Shown here: positions 1-8,057 of the stretch, one piece after another
How positions within the stretch are numbered: position 1 is the stretch's first letter
Layout of the letters: each line of letters starts with the position of its first letter
The notes under the pieces: model-generated
Told to the model about the DNA's origin: nothing
Database searches by the model: none
Seen by the model: the letters and a program-made list of their open reading frames with translations, nothing else
DNA from: a virus
Lineage: Duplodnaviria; Heunggongvirae; Uroviricota; Caudoviricetes
Virus record (IMG/VR): IMGVR_UViG_2700989365_000006
Length of the DNA stretch: 39,001 bases
Strand: one strand, 5' to 3'
Made by a program: the position numbers and the translations under genes

Positions 1-102
1 AAGTGGGAGCGAGTCTGCGCCGCGCTGCGGGAGCTGAACAAGCACCGGGATATTGTCCGACAGATTGTCGATTCCTCCAGTCGTATTGTGTCGGAAAAGT
101 GA
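1..102 (+). CDS. 3-prime end of an upstream phage gene (partial, product unknown)
   Basis: Frame 1 is open from the window edge to TGA at 100-102 (…KWERVCAALRELNKHRDIVRQIVDSSSRIVSEK*), ending just before the RBS of the next gene. Confidence 0.3.
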   Translation, partial: KWERVCAALRELNKHRDIVRQIVDSSSRIVSEK

Positions 103-117
103 TTGCCGGAGGCGCTT

Positions 118-534
118 ATGGCAAAAGTTTTTACACAGGAAGAGCGTGAAAAAATTAAGGAGCAGGTTGTTGAGTTGGTACGCCAGAGTGGGCGCGAGAC
201 GTTAAGGCAACTGGAGGCCAAGACAGGTGCGACAAGATATCTGATGAGCATTCTTGCCAGAGAGTTGGTTGCCAGTGGCGATGTATACAACTCTGGTTAC
301 GGGTTATTCCCGTCTGAACAGGCGCGTAAGGATTGGAAAAACGCCCGCAAAAAACTATCCAGGGCAAAGGTGAAAAAAACGGTTGTGGTTGATCCTGACC
401 TTATCTGGTCATTACCAGACGGAGAAATACGCCGCTATGACAGGCGTCAGAACATAATCTGTCGCGAGTGCCGGAAGAGTGAAGTTATGAAACGTGTACT
501 GGCATTTTATCAAGGAAATCTTCGGTATTTATAG
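118..534 (+). CDS. hypothetical nin-region phage protein, possible HTH/winged-helix
   Basis: ORF 103-534; preferred start is ATG 118 preceded by GGAGG at 108-112. Basic protein with a helix-turn-helix-like stretch (TLRQLEAKTGATRYLMSILAREL). No family recognised. Confidence 0.5.
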   Translation: MAKVFTQEEREKIKEQVVELVRQSGRETLRQLEAKTGATRYLMSILARELVASGDVYNSGYGLFPSEQARKDWKNARKKLSRAKVKKTVVVDPDLIWSLPDGEIRRYDRRQNIICRECRKSEVMKRVLAFYQGNLRYL

Positions 535-672
535 ACGTTACTAGATCAAAGAGCATTAGTTCATATGTAAATTGACATTTTTCTGGCACAGGGGAGAGCT
601 AGCGTGGTTGTCCGCTTTGTGCCAATAGCGGACATTGCTGGCTCATGGTATGTTAGTTTAAGGAGGCAGGTT

Positions 673-1695
673 ATGCCCTGTATTTCGCTGTGGTATAATA
701 GTTGCGCAATTGATACAAGGGAGCGTTACATCGTGAAAATTGTTTTCGAGGTTAATGGAAAGAAAGTTCCACTAAAATCTTTAAAATACATAAGCAAAAA
801 AGATCAACTCGAAGTAATGAAAAACTGGTTCTTTGAAAACTTTGAAGATCCGGCAAATGCTTGTCCGTATGAAAGTAGAGAAGGTGGCTATGCTTACATA
901 TATGGCGGGCCGTATGATGCGAGCGAAGAACTACAATCCATCTTCGGTCAATATGTTAAATCTGAGTATATTGAGGAATTAGTAGATGAATTACAAACAC
1001 AATGTTTTGACTGGTCTGGAAACTCAAATAATATAGATGATTGGTACGATGATGATATCTACGACGCTGTAACGTCTTCCGGTAATCCGTATTTAAAATT
1101 CATTGATAATATCGATAAAATAAAAAAACTTGCAAAAGATAAAACTGAACAACAGCAAAAAAACCACTTGCTTAGTTTGCTCTACACGAATGTTATTACA
1201 GCTTTGGAAACGCTTTATGTTGAGCTATTCATTAATTCTATAGAGAAAGATGATGTCTACATAGCCAATTGTATAGAAAAAGGTAAGACTGAATTTAAAG
1301 TAAGCAAAGATATTGCTGCGTTGCCTTTCAAGGGTGAACCCATCGAGAAAATTAGGGGAGAGCTAATCAGGTCAATCAAGGAACACTTGATCAGTGCAAG
1401 CTGGCATAGCACTAAAAAGGTAATCGACCGCTATGAAGCTACATTCGATATAAAAGTACAAAAAGACTGTCCGATAGAAGCTATTGAATTGGCAACCCTC
1501 AATCGAAATCACTTAGTGCATCGTGGTGGAAAGGATAAAGAAGGGAACCTCGTAGTGATTACAGACCAGGATCTTGAAACGCTGATTGAAAATGCATCGA
1601 ACCTGGCAATTATGCTCTACAACAGTTTAAATGTAGCAACGAATAAAACCACCATTTTGCAACCAGATGACAAACCGTTCATTCATGAATTTTAA
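673..1695 (+). CDS. cargo protein A: unknown N-terminal domain plus C-terminal HEPN-like motif (candidate RNase toxin/effector)
   Basis: ORF 604-1695; ATG 673 follows a strong SD AGGAGG (661-666) with a 6-nt spacer (alternative GTG 733 after AAGGGAG). Visibly AT-rich versus flanks. C-terminal LNRNHLVHRG fits the HEPN R-x4-H signature. Acidic D/W/Y-rich N-terminal region. Confidence 0.55.
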   Translation: MPCISLWYNSCAIDTRERYIVKIVFEVNGKKVPLKSLKYISKKDQLEVMKNWFFENFEDPANACPYESREGGYAYIYGGPYDASEELQSIFGQYVKSEYIEELVDELQTQCFDWSGNSNNIDDWYDDDIYDAVTSSGNPYLKFIDNIDKIKKLAKDKTEQQQKNHLLSLLYTNVITALETLYVELFINSIEKDDVYIANCIEKGKTEFKVSKDIAALPFKGEPIEKIRGELIRSIKEHLISASWHSTKKVIDRYEATFDIKVQKDCPIEAIELATLNRNHLVHRGGKDKEGNLVVITDQDLETLIENASNLAIMLYNSLNVATNKTTILQPDDKPFIHEF

Positions 1696-1710
1696 TAGCG
1701 CAGGTCATAC

Positions 1711-2712
1711 ATGGATATTCGCACACGAAAGACAAAATTTTTAGAGTCGTTAGATTCAACTGAAGTGATACGCAAAGCAGTAAGTCTCGCTATAGATTGC
1801 ATTATTGATAATCATAATAGTAATGAAGATACCCCCTTAGTTATTACCAGCTATGATGATCTCTGTAGAATCCAGGTGCTAAATTATGTACAGGAGTTTT
1901 GCGAAGCTGCATTCCCTGATATGGATGAATATTACTTTAGTCCTAACATACTTCGCATCAACGGCAAGACTAGTGAAGAAGCTTGTATTAACTTAATTAA
2001 ACTCTTAAGAAGTACAAAAGGCATGCTATTCTGGTCCGATGCCCCATCGTGGTTCGCTAGCCTCCCCGACGGATTATTCCATGTTGTTAACATTGATCAA
2101 AAAATCGTTACTCGCGGCCTTAATAAGAAAAACTCTAAGCCGACAATAATCAATAAAGATTACAGTGTAGATACACTACTATCAGAGCTATTTTTGAATG
2201 GCGCACACATGGAGCAACCCAACGTACACAACGTTTCTGAGGGAAACATGAAGTTCTATGATGAATGCCATGCTGGATTAATCAGACCAATACCCGCTCC
2301 AATAGGCGCGTCATACGATGAAGAGATCACAATTAATTCTCCAGATTGGCAAAAGCTCGCGTGTGTAGCTTTACGCCGCTATCAGTCGAAGGAATGTCAT
2401 GACGGAATGCAATGGGATACAACCGATCATGGTTGGACTGATGTAATCGCGTATCCATTCGTCGAAGAAATACAATCAATGGATAATAGTGGTTATCGAC
2501 AATGTTTAGTTGGGCTGGTCACAATAAACAATTCAAATGCAAATTCTCCGTACCTATCTACCGTTTGGATACATCCATTTTATCGCAGGAGAGGGTTATT
2601 AAGTAAGTTATGGCCAAAATTACAAGAGTTATATGGAAGTAACTTCGAAATTGAGCGACCTAATGAAAATATGAAAGCATTTCTGAAAAGTGCGAAACAC
2701 GCAGATTACTAA
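1711..2712 (+). CDS. cargo protein B: unknown N-terminal region plus C-terminal GNAT-like (acyl-CoA N-acyltransferase motif A-like) segment
   Basis: ATG 1711 lies 15 nt after the stop of protein A, same strand, same AT-rich composition, so an operon. C-terminal CLVGLVTINN…STVWIHPFYRRRGLLSKLW resembles the GNAT beta4-alpha3 motif (V-x-P-x-Y-R-x-x-G), although the loop is degenerate. NGKTS is not a complete Walker A. Confidence 0.5.
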   Translation: MDIRTRKTKFLESLDSTEVIRKAVSLAIDCIIDNHNSNEDTPLVITSYDDLCRIQVLNYVQEFCEAAFPDMDEYYFSPNILRINGKTSEEACINLIKLLRSTKGMLFWSDAPSWFASLPDGLFHVVNIDQKIVTRGLNKKNSKPTIINKDYSVDTLLSELFLNGAHMEQPNVHNVSEGNMKFYDECHAGLIRPIPAPIGASYDEEITINSPDWQKLACVALRRYQSKECHDGMQWDTTDHGWTDVIAYPFVEEIQSMDNSGYRQCLVGLVTINNSNANSPYLSTVWIHPFYRRRGLLSKLWPKLQELYGSNFEIERPNENMKAFLKSAKHADY

Positions 2713-3262
2713 TTTATGAATCAGTCTGTGGAGTTAGGGTTGGTGTGAACAAGTAGGGTAAGAGCCTCAACGTGATGCTATGCCGACCTGCTCCCTGAGA
2801 ATTCACACAGAAGGCTGCTAGCAATGTCTGCAGATCGCTCAAAGCGGACTAAAATGTTGGCTTGTTTCTGACTTAGAGCATTTAAGGAAGTGCTGGTGGT
2901 GACTGGTTGTTGTGTTCCATTTCTACAGAATAAAATCACAGAAACTATACCCAATAGTTGTATTGAATCACTGACGAGACAGCCTCATATTTATCAGGAC
3001 TGGTGTGCGTCTAATACAGGGGGTTGTCGTGCTGGTTCTCAAATGTGCGCTGGCTATTGCGGCTGTAATGGCAATTTATTGTCTTGCTGTTGTTCTTATG
3101 GAGCGGCTTTCTGATTGATTACATACTGGCTAGAAAAAAGGTGTTACCTTGGTTTATCTTTGTCCGGCAAGGTGCGCTCATTAATCTTAAGTAAATTTAT
3201 TGCTCAAGTATTCAGATTACTTCTTATGGTTGAAGTCTCCTGTCAATGTAGAACCAATATAT

Positions 3263-3303
3263 TTACAAAAATGAGACCCGTCGGGGATAGCCCTGCCGGG
3301 TCT
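3263..3303 (-). terminator. rho-independent terminator downstream of the YeaR-like gene (possibly bidirectional)
   Basis: Inverted repeat AGACCCG (3274-3280) / CGGGTCT (3297-3303); on the minus strand the hairpin is followed by CATTTTTG. Lies between the convergent genes. Confidence 0.45.
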
Positions 3304-3332
3304 GACTGTTAAAGCATTTTTAATATGATCAT

Positions 3333-3671
3333 CTATTTTTTGGTGCTATAGACTTTTTCGCCCGAAAAGTCTGGAGCGACCCAAAAGTTAATATTAAACT
3401 GAGCATCATCGCTTAGTTCAACACGGTGCCAGTATTGTGGTGGGCTTGTTGCAAAAGCGCCAGCATTAATGACTACTTTTATCTCCGGTTCAGTAGCATT
3501 CTCATCAGTAAAACCATAATATGTTACAGTGCCTTCCATTACGCACAACTGCCCAAAAACACCTGCTGCTGTATTATGATGTGTTAATAACGCTGAAGGT
3601 ACGTTCTCTTTTGTGAAGAACGGAGTTGAGCGTTTGATTACCCAATCTTTAGGAATTCTCTTGTGTGTCAT
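3333..3671 (-). CDS. YeaR-like DUF1971 protein (tellurite-resistance-related family), prophage cargo
   Basis: Minus-strand ORF 3333-3695; preferred start is the internal ATG at 3671 preceded by GGAGGAGGTGG. Protein (MTHKRIPKDW…RSTPFF…YWHRVE…FNINFWVAP) resembles E. coli YeaR as recalled. Confidence 0.7.
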   Translation of the reverse strand: MTHKRIPKDWVIKRSTPFFTKENVPSALLTHHNTAAGVFGQLCVMEGTVTYYGFTDENATEPEIKVVINAGAFATSPPQYWHRVELSDDAQFNINFWVAPDFSGEKVYSTKK

Positions 3672-3686
3672 AACCACCTCCTCCAA

Positions 3687-3709
3687 AACATGCATTAAAA
3701 ATGCATCTT
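3687..3709. promoter_or_regulatory. NsrR-like operator (11-1-11 inverted repeat) upstream of the YeaR-like gene
   Basis: AACATGCATTA-A-AAATGCATCTT at 3687-3709. The right half-site reverse-complements to AAGATGCATTT, the NsrR half-site as recalled; the left half has 2 mismatches. It lies 16 bp upstream of the start codon, and a TTGACA -35-like hexamer is on the minus strand at 3726-3721. Confidence 0.4.
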
Positions 3710-4484
3710 TTGGAGGGTTATGTCAAGCTGTTATGAAACACATAATTGATATGTTGATTAGAGGAGAAGATAGAATAAATATGGTTGTTTTTCGTATAAC
3801 TATTTGTTTTACTTTTAGTTTATGCATTCTGTGTGTTAGGAATAAGTTATTAAAGTTTAATCAAAAAATCTCGATGTAGTCCACATAGATTACTGTTACT
3901 GAACCTTATTGTGTGTATTAGTTGTGTTCTGAAATTTCAGCTTAATTATTTATGATGTATTTTTTAACGATAAATATTTTCCCAGGATACCTTTACTGTG
4001 TATATAAATAAATTATATACGCATAAATAATGTAAAGGCGTCCTTTTAGATATATCTTATCAAATGTTAATGACTTGAGTGGGAAATATGATTCCAGCAA
4101 CTTATCATGTGGCTACTTTATAAAAATAATGCCCATATAAAACAACAAGCGAAAAGGATTACGGATAAAAAAGGAGCGAGATGTGCGAACTTGTTATTTT
4201 CCATGTTTAACCACCTTAAATAATTGATGATGACGGGATGATTGCATCTGTAATGCTTTTATTGAAATGTTATGATAAAAAAGAACTTTTGCATAACATT
4301 AAAATGTAATTTATCTAATCGTTTTTAATAATAAGTGTCGTATTTCTATCCTTGTACCAGCTATTTGATATGTAGTGTTTGTTCATGCTATGTGGGGCTT
4401 TACACCATAGCCAGTTTATTTATACTTTATTCGTCAGCCTGAACAACTGGCATCTGCTGCGCTGCGCCATCGAGAGATTGAGAA

Positions 4485-5084
4485 ATGGCGCATATACAAC
4501 TGGTCAAACAAACCTCTTCTGGTTTACTTCTCCCGGCGACGCCGGAGAGTTGCGATTTTCTGCATCAAATCAAAATAGGTGAGTGGATACACGCAGACTT
4601 TAAGCGTGTGTGTAACTACGCATTCCACAAGCGTTTTTTCAAACTCCTGCAACTGGGTTTCGATTACTGGACTCCGGTCGGTGGGGCGATCACGCCTCGC
4701 GAACGAGAACTGCTGTCTGGTTTCGTTGATTACCTGTGCGAATCAGTTGGTCGGGAACACACGCCAGCCCTGAGTGATGCCGCAGAGCAATACCTTAACA
4801 CCGTTGCGACTCGTAGAACCCGGGATACGGCGTTGCTAAAGTCGTTTGAGGCTTTCCGCGAGTGGGTAACCATTCAGGCCGGATTTTACACCGAGCATAT
4901 TTATCCGGACGGTAGCCGTGGGCGTCGGGCAAAATCCATCGCTTTTGCGAATATGGACGAAGTCGAGTTTCAGCAGGTTTATAAATCTGTACTGAATGTG
5001 CTGTGGAACTGGATTCTGTTCCGTAAATTCTCCTCTCAGGAGGAAGTTGAAAATGTGGCCGCACAACTACTGGAGTTTGCGTAA
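4485..5084 (+). CDS. DUF1367-family nin-region phage protein
   Basis: 199-aa ORF; sequence recognised as the DUF1367 family found upstream of Q in lambdoid prophages (for example Qin YdfU). Stop overlaps the next start (TAATG). Confidence 0.7.
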   Translation: MAHIQLVKQTSSGLLLPATPESCDFLHQIKIGEWIHADFKRVCNYAFHKRFFKLLQLGFDYWTPVGGAITPRERELLSGFVDYLCESVGREHTPALSDAAEQYLNTVATRRTRDTALLKSFEAFREWVTIQAGFYTEHIYPDGSRGRRAKSIAFANMDEVEFQQVYKSVLNVLWNWILFRKFSSQEEVENVAAQLLEFA

Positions 5085-5374
5085 TGGTGAATTTACGTAA
5101 AGCGGCTAAAGGCCAGATGTGCCAGATCAGAATCCCTGGCTACTGCAATCACAATCCCGAAACCTCTGTGCTGGCGCATTACAGGCTGGCGGGGACGTGC
5201 GGAACAGCGACAAAACCACATGATATGCAGGCGGCGATAGCCTGTAGCTCATGCCACGATCTAATCGACGGGCGGGTAAAAACCAGCGATTACACCAAAG
5301 AAGAATTGCGCCTGATGCATGCTGAAGGGGTTTTTCGCACACAAGAAATCTGGAGAAAGAAAGGTCATTTATGA
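5084..5374 (+). CDS. ybcO: YbcO-like DUF1364 protein (putative nuclease, Cys/His-rich)
   Basis: 96 aa; CQIRIPGYCNHNPETSVLAHYRLAG…AIACSSCHDLIDGR matches DLP12 YbcO as recalled. Translationally coupled on both sides. Confidence 0.65.
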   Translation: MVNLRKAAKGQMCQIRIPGYCNHNPETSVLAHYRLAGTCGTATKPHDMQAAIACSSCHDLIDGRVKTSDYTKEELRLMHAEGVFRTQEIWRKKGHL

Positions 5375-5913
5375 TTTACCCAACGAATACAGGAAAAAGC
5401 GGAGAACACCTTCGCCTCACCACGCTGGAAAGTGTCTGGATTCAGGGAAAACTACGTATGTGGGGGCGCTGGTCGTATATTGGCGGTGGCAGGTCAGGGA
5501 ATATGTTCAATCAGTTGTTGGCATCCAAAAAACTGACGAAAACAGCCATTAATGAAGCCCTGCGCAGAATGAAAAAAGCGGGAATAGAGAAAGCTGAGCT
5601 GGAAGCGTTTTTGCGAGAGATGATCAACGGCAAGCAAAAGAGCTGGCTGGCGCATTGTACTGATGCAGAGGCGTTATGTATTGATCGAGTCATAAGTGAG
5701 GTGCTGGCAGAGCATCCAGGATTGATTTGCATTCTCCGGCAACGCTATGAAGGGCGGGGGATGACTAAGCGCAAAATGGCTGAATTGCTAAATGATGCAC
5801 ACCCAGAGTGGTGTTTTAGCACATGCGAAAAACGGATTGCTAATTGGTTAGCTGTTGCTGAGTATGCCCTATATATTCCCATGCGTGAATCATTTGCTGA
5901 GAAAATGGCTTGA
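5371..5913 (+). CDS. late-gene antiterminator Q-like protein
   Basis: 180-aa ORF coupled to ybcO (ATGA overlap), immediately upstream of a strong intrinsic terminator and the lysis cassette, which is the canonical Q position. Unrelated to lambda Q in sequence, so the family call rests mainly on context. Confidence 0.55.
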   Translation: MIYPTNTGKSGEHLRLTTLESVWIQGKLRMWGRWSYIGGGRSGNMFNQLLASKKLTKTAINEALRRMKKAGIEKAELEAFLREMINGKQKSWLAHCTDAEALCIDRVISEVLAEHPGLICILRQRYEGRGMTKRKMAELLNDAHPEWCFSTCEKRIANWLAVAEYALYIPMRESFAEKMA

Positions 5914-5993
5914 TTTCTTACGTATAAACTGCTTCAATTTTGCTATGCTTCGCAAAGCTGTATCGCGAGGCGGATTGCAGACATGGACATCGT

Positions 5994-6020
5994 AAAAAAA
6001 CCGCTTAATGCGGTTTTTTT
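5994..6020 (+). terminator. tR'-like rho-independent terminator (A-run/T-run flanked, potentially bidirectional)
   Basis: AAAAAAACCGC-TTAAT-GCGGTTTTTTT: 7-bp GC-rich stem, 5-nt loop, 7-T tail, about 80 nt after the Q stop. Confidence 0.6.
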
Positions 6021-6340
6021 ACGTCAGGAAAGCAGGGGAGAATGCTGCTAGTTGGGCAACTGGTCTTTCTGCTCCAAATTATAACAGAGACCAGTTATAG
6101 TTTCGGTGCTGTGTTTTTTTTACAATATTGTGATAACACATTGCTGGCGGGAGTTTTGATATTTCTTGGCAGGGGCTGATGATGCGTTATCCTGATGTCG
6201 TCAACTCATATAAAATGAGATGAGAGATCATTGCAGGGTGGTTTGTAATTCGCTGTTTAGCGGGACAATATGTTGTCTGATACAAGACACCCGACGCCTC
6301 AGATTACTATAATAAAGACGAAGCATCCTTTGTATTGACC

Positions 6341-6366
6341 AACCGCCTGTTTAGGCGGTTCTTTTT
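6341..6366 (+). terminator. intrinsic terminator in the non-coding spacer (possible 3-prime end of a short RNA)
   Basis: AACCGCC-TGTTT-GGCGGTT followed by CTTTTT; a perfect TATAAT lies at 6308-6313, about 30 nt upstream. Confidence 0.4.
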
Positions 6367-6898
6367 GGGCTGGTTTATTGTATGCCAAATGATTATTAAA
6401 AAGGTTGTGTTAATAACAAGATCCGAAATAATATGCCTGCATATTTTTATCTTGCTTATATTCTGCATATTGTGCATAGCAGGCTCATCCCTGCAATCAA
6501 AACTGTATGATGAGTATTTTTTGTTTTCCTTTTTTCCAGTCATCTGATGATGACCTGCTTCTTTTTAATCCGGATCGACATCAGTTTTTTAAGATAATTC
6601 CTGCGAGTTATATGCATAAATGCCACAAACTCCGCATTTTATGTGGTTGGGAGTTGCCGGGCGCGCAGTGAGTTTGCTAAGAAAACTCCTGCATGGTGAA
6701 TCCCCCTGTGCGGTGGGGTGATACCATTAACCTTTTCTGTCGCCGACAGGTATCACGAACATTTTGTTCACCGGGAGGCACCCGGCACCATGCACTTCAA
6801 TAGATTCTCTCCACATTATGGATATTCTTTCAGAATATCCCACGCAGACTTTGTGTAAATGTTAACAAATGTGCGTTTTATTTGATCTGATTCGCTGT

Positions 6899-6928
6899 TT
6901 GAGCGTCCAAAACAACGGTATATATAAT
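6899..6928 (+). promoter_or_regulatory. putative sigma70 promoter for the lipoprotein moron
   Basis: -35 TTGAGC (6899-6904), 18-bp spacer, -10 TATAAT (6923-6928) inside TATATATAAT, about 30 nt upstream of ATG 6958. Confidence 0.35.
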
Positions 6929-6957
6929 CCTTTACTATATGACATATGTGAGGAAAA

Positions 6958-7386
6958 ATGGGTTTTCGTAGCGCATCAATTCTTACGTTGATTATTAGTG
7001 GGATTATTATCGGGTGCACTGATGCTGTATCGACAAATTATCATGACCGTACATCATATTACTCCGATAAAGCAATAGAGACACAGTATGTGAGTTCATC
7101 TGAACGTACTTCTGATGTTAGTGAGGATATCCGTCTGTATGCCCATCAAATCAAGAGCGCCATCGAAAAACAGTTCGGGGATGCGAGTAAGTATTCAGGA
7201 AAAGAGTGTACACTGAGAATGCATATGGCCCCGAATGGCCTTCTACTGGAGGTTAAAAGAGAAAGTGGAGACCTCGATTTATGTCGTGAAGCGATGAATG
7301 CGATAAAGAATGCTGATATACCTGCCCCCCCTTCGCCGGAAGTATATAAAGTATTTCAAAATGGGGTGCTGGATTTTAAACCCTGA
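6958..7386 (+). CDS. lipoprotein with C-terminal TolA domain III-like domain (moron; candidate TolA mimic/decoy)
   Basis: RBS GAGGA before ATG 6958. N-terminal signal peptide with a lipobox (…IIIGC, Cys20, Thr at +2). The C-terminus (YAHQIKSAIEKQFGDASKYSGKECTLRMHMAPNGLLLEVKRESGDLDLC…IPAPPSPEVYKVFQNGVLDFKP) aligns with the recalled C-terminus of E. coli TolA (…YAGQIKSAIESKFYDASSYAGKTCTLRIKLAPDGMLLDIKPEGGDPALC…IPKPPSQAVYEVFKNAPLDFKP), including both cysteines. Confidence 0.7.
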   Translation: MGFRSASILTLIISGIIIGCTDAVSTNYHDRTSYYSDKAIETQYVSSSERTSDVSEDIRLYAHQIKSAIEKQFGDASKYSGKECTLRMHMAPNGLLLEVKRESGDLDLCREAMNAIKNADIPAPPSPEVYKVFQNGVLDFKP

Positions 7387-7536
7387 TATTTATTGTTTTG
7401 TAATAAACGGTTTCGGCTTAGGTTTGTTCTGACACAGCTACGGCACTGAGCTAAATTTAGCGGATAGTCAGCTCTGAGCCAGTGGCGGACGTAACAACTA
7501 CTATTGCTGAGATTTTAATGGATTGAGGAGCAAGAA

Positions 7537-7932
7537 GTGGGATTAAAGAAAATCGTTATGTTGACTTTTTGGGTCGGTTTTGTTGCGGGATGCACACCTT
7601 TACACCCTTCAGATTGCCACAAAACTACTGCTACAGGTAGTTGCAGTTCAGGACGCTGGGATGATCAGGATGAATGGGGGGCGCAAGCGCGGGGAATCAG
7701 AGCTGCAATTAATGCCAAACTTGATGAGCCGCATAACTGGAAAGGGAAAAAATGCAGGTTGCATATGGAATTCTCTCAGGATGGCACGGCGTTAAAAATA
7801 TCTACCAGTAACGGTGATAAAGCCTATTGCGAAGCGATAAAGTCCGCAGCTCATAAAGCCAAATTTCCGGCCTTCAACAATCCGGAAGTCTACAGAGATT
7901 TTCAGAAATCTGGCTTTGACATGCGAGGTTAG
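7537..7932 (+). CDS. paralogous lipoprotein with a divergent TolA-III-like C-terminal domain
   Basis: GTG 7537 preceded by GAGGAG (7525-7530). Signal peptide plus lipobox (FVAGC, Cys19). The C-terminus (KKCRLHMEFSQDGTALKIS…YCEAIKSAAHKAKFPAFNNPEVYRDFQKSGFDMRG) keeps the TolA-III-like pattern and both cysteines. Confidence 0.65.
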   Translation: MGLKKIVMLTFWVGFVAGCTPLHPSDCHKTTATGSCSSGRWDDQDEWGAQARGIRAAINAKLDEPHNWKGKKCRLHMEFSQDGTALKISTSNGDKAYCEAIKSAAHKAKFPAFNNPEVYRDFQKSGFDMRG

Positions 7933-8057
7933 CTCTTCAATTACTATATCTCATTCATAGCAAACTGACAGATTTGATGATGTTCTATATACGAAACCTG
8001 TGATGTCAAGTCTGAGCTAATACAAATAAACATAATATCAGAGAAATACATTTTATT

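Noticed and set aside
572-600. TTGACA -35-like hexamer upstream of the cargo operon as a full promoter call
   Set aside because: No acceptable -10 hexamer at 16-18 bp spacing (AGAGCT/GAGAGC), so only mentioned as a hint within the finding.
1960-1990. Possible P-loop NTPase motif in cargo protein B (RINGKTSEE)
   Set aside because: It lacks the GxxxxGK[ST] spacing (no upstream Gly at the right distance), so it is not called a Walker A.
3115-3312. 65-aa ORF in the convergent gap
   Set aside because: It overlaps the terminator hairpin of the YeaR-like gene, has no RBS, and is composition-driven.
3672-3695. Upstream ATG (3695) as the start of the YeaR-like gene
   Set aside because: It has no SD and lies inside the NsrR-like palindrome; the ATG at 3671 is preceded by GGAGGAGGTGG.
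2713-4484. tRNA genes in the AT-rich intergenic stretches (lambdoid Q-proximal regions often carry tRNAs); the same check was applied to 6021-6957
   Set aside because: No GTTCGA/TTCGAAT-type T-loop motif with an appropriately spaced acceptor-stem complement was visible on either strand; a proper scan with tRNAscan-SE would be decisive.
6307-6547. Overlapping ORFs on both strands in the spacer after tR' (78 aa minus, 70 aa plus)
   Set aside because: Extremely AT-rich low-complexity translations with no RBS and mutual overlap; consistent with chance frames in non-coding DNA.
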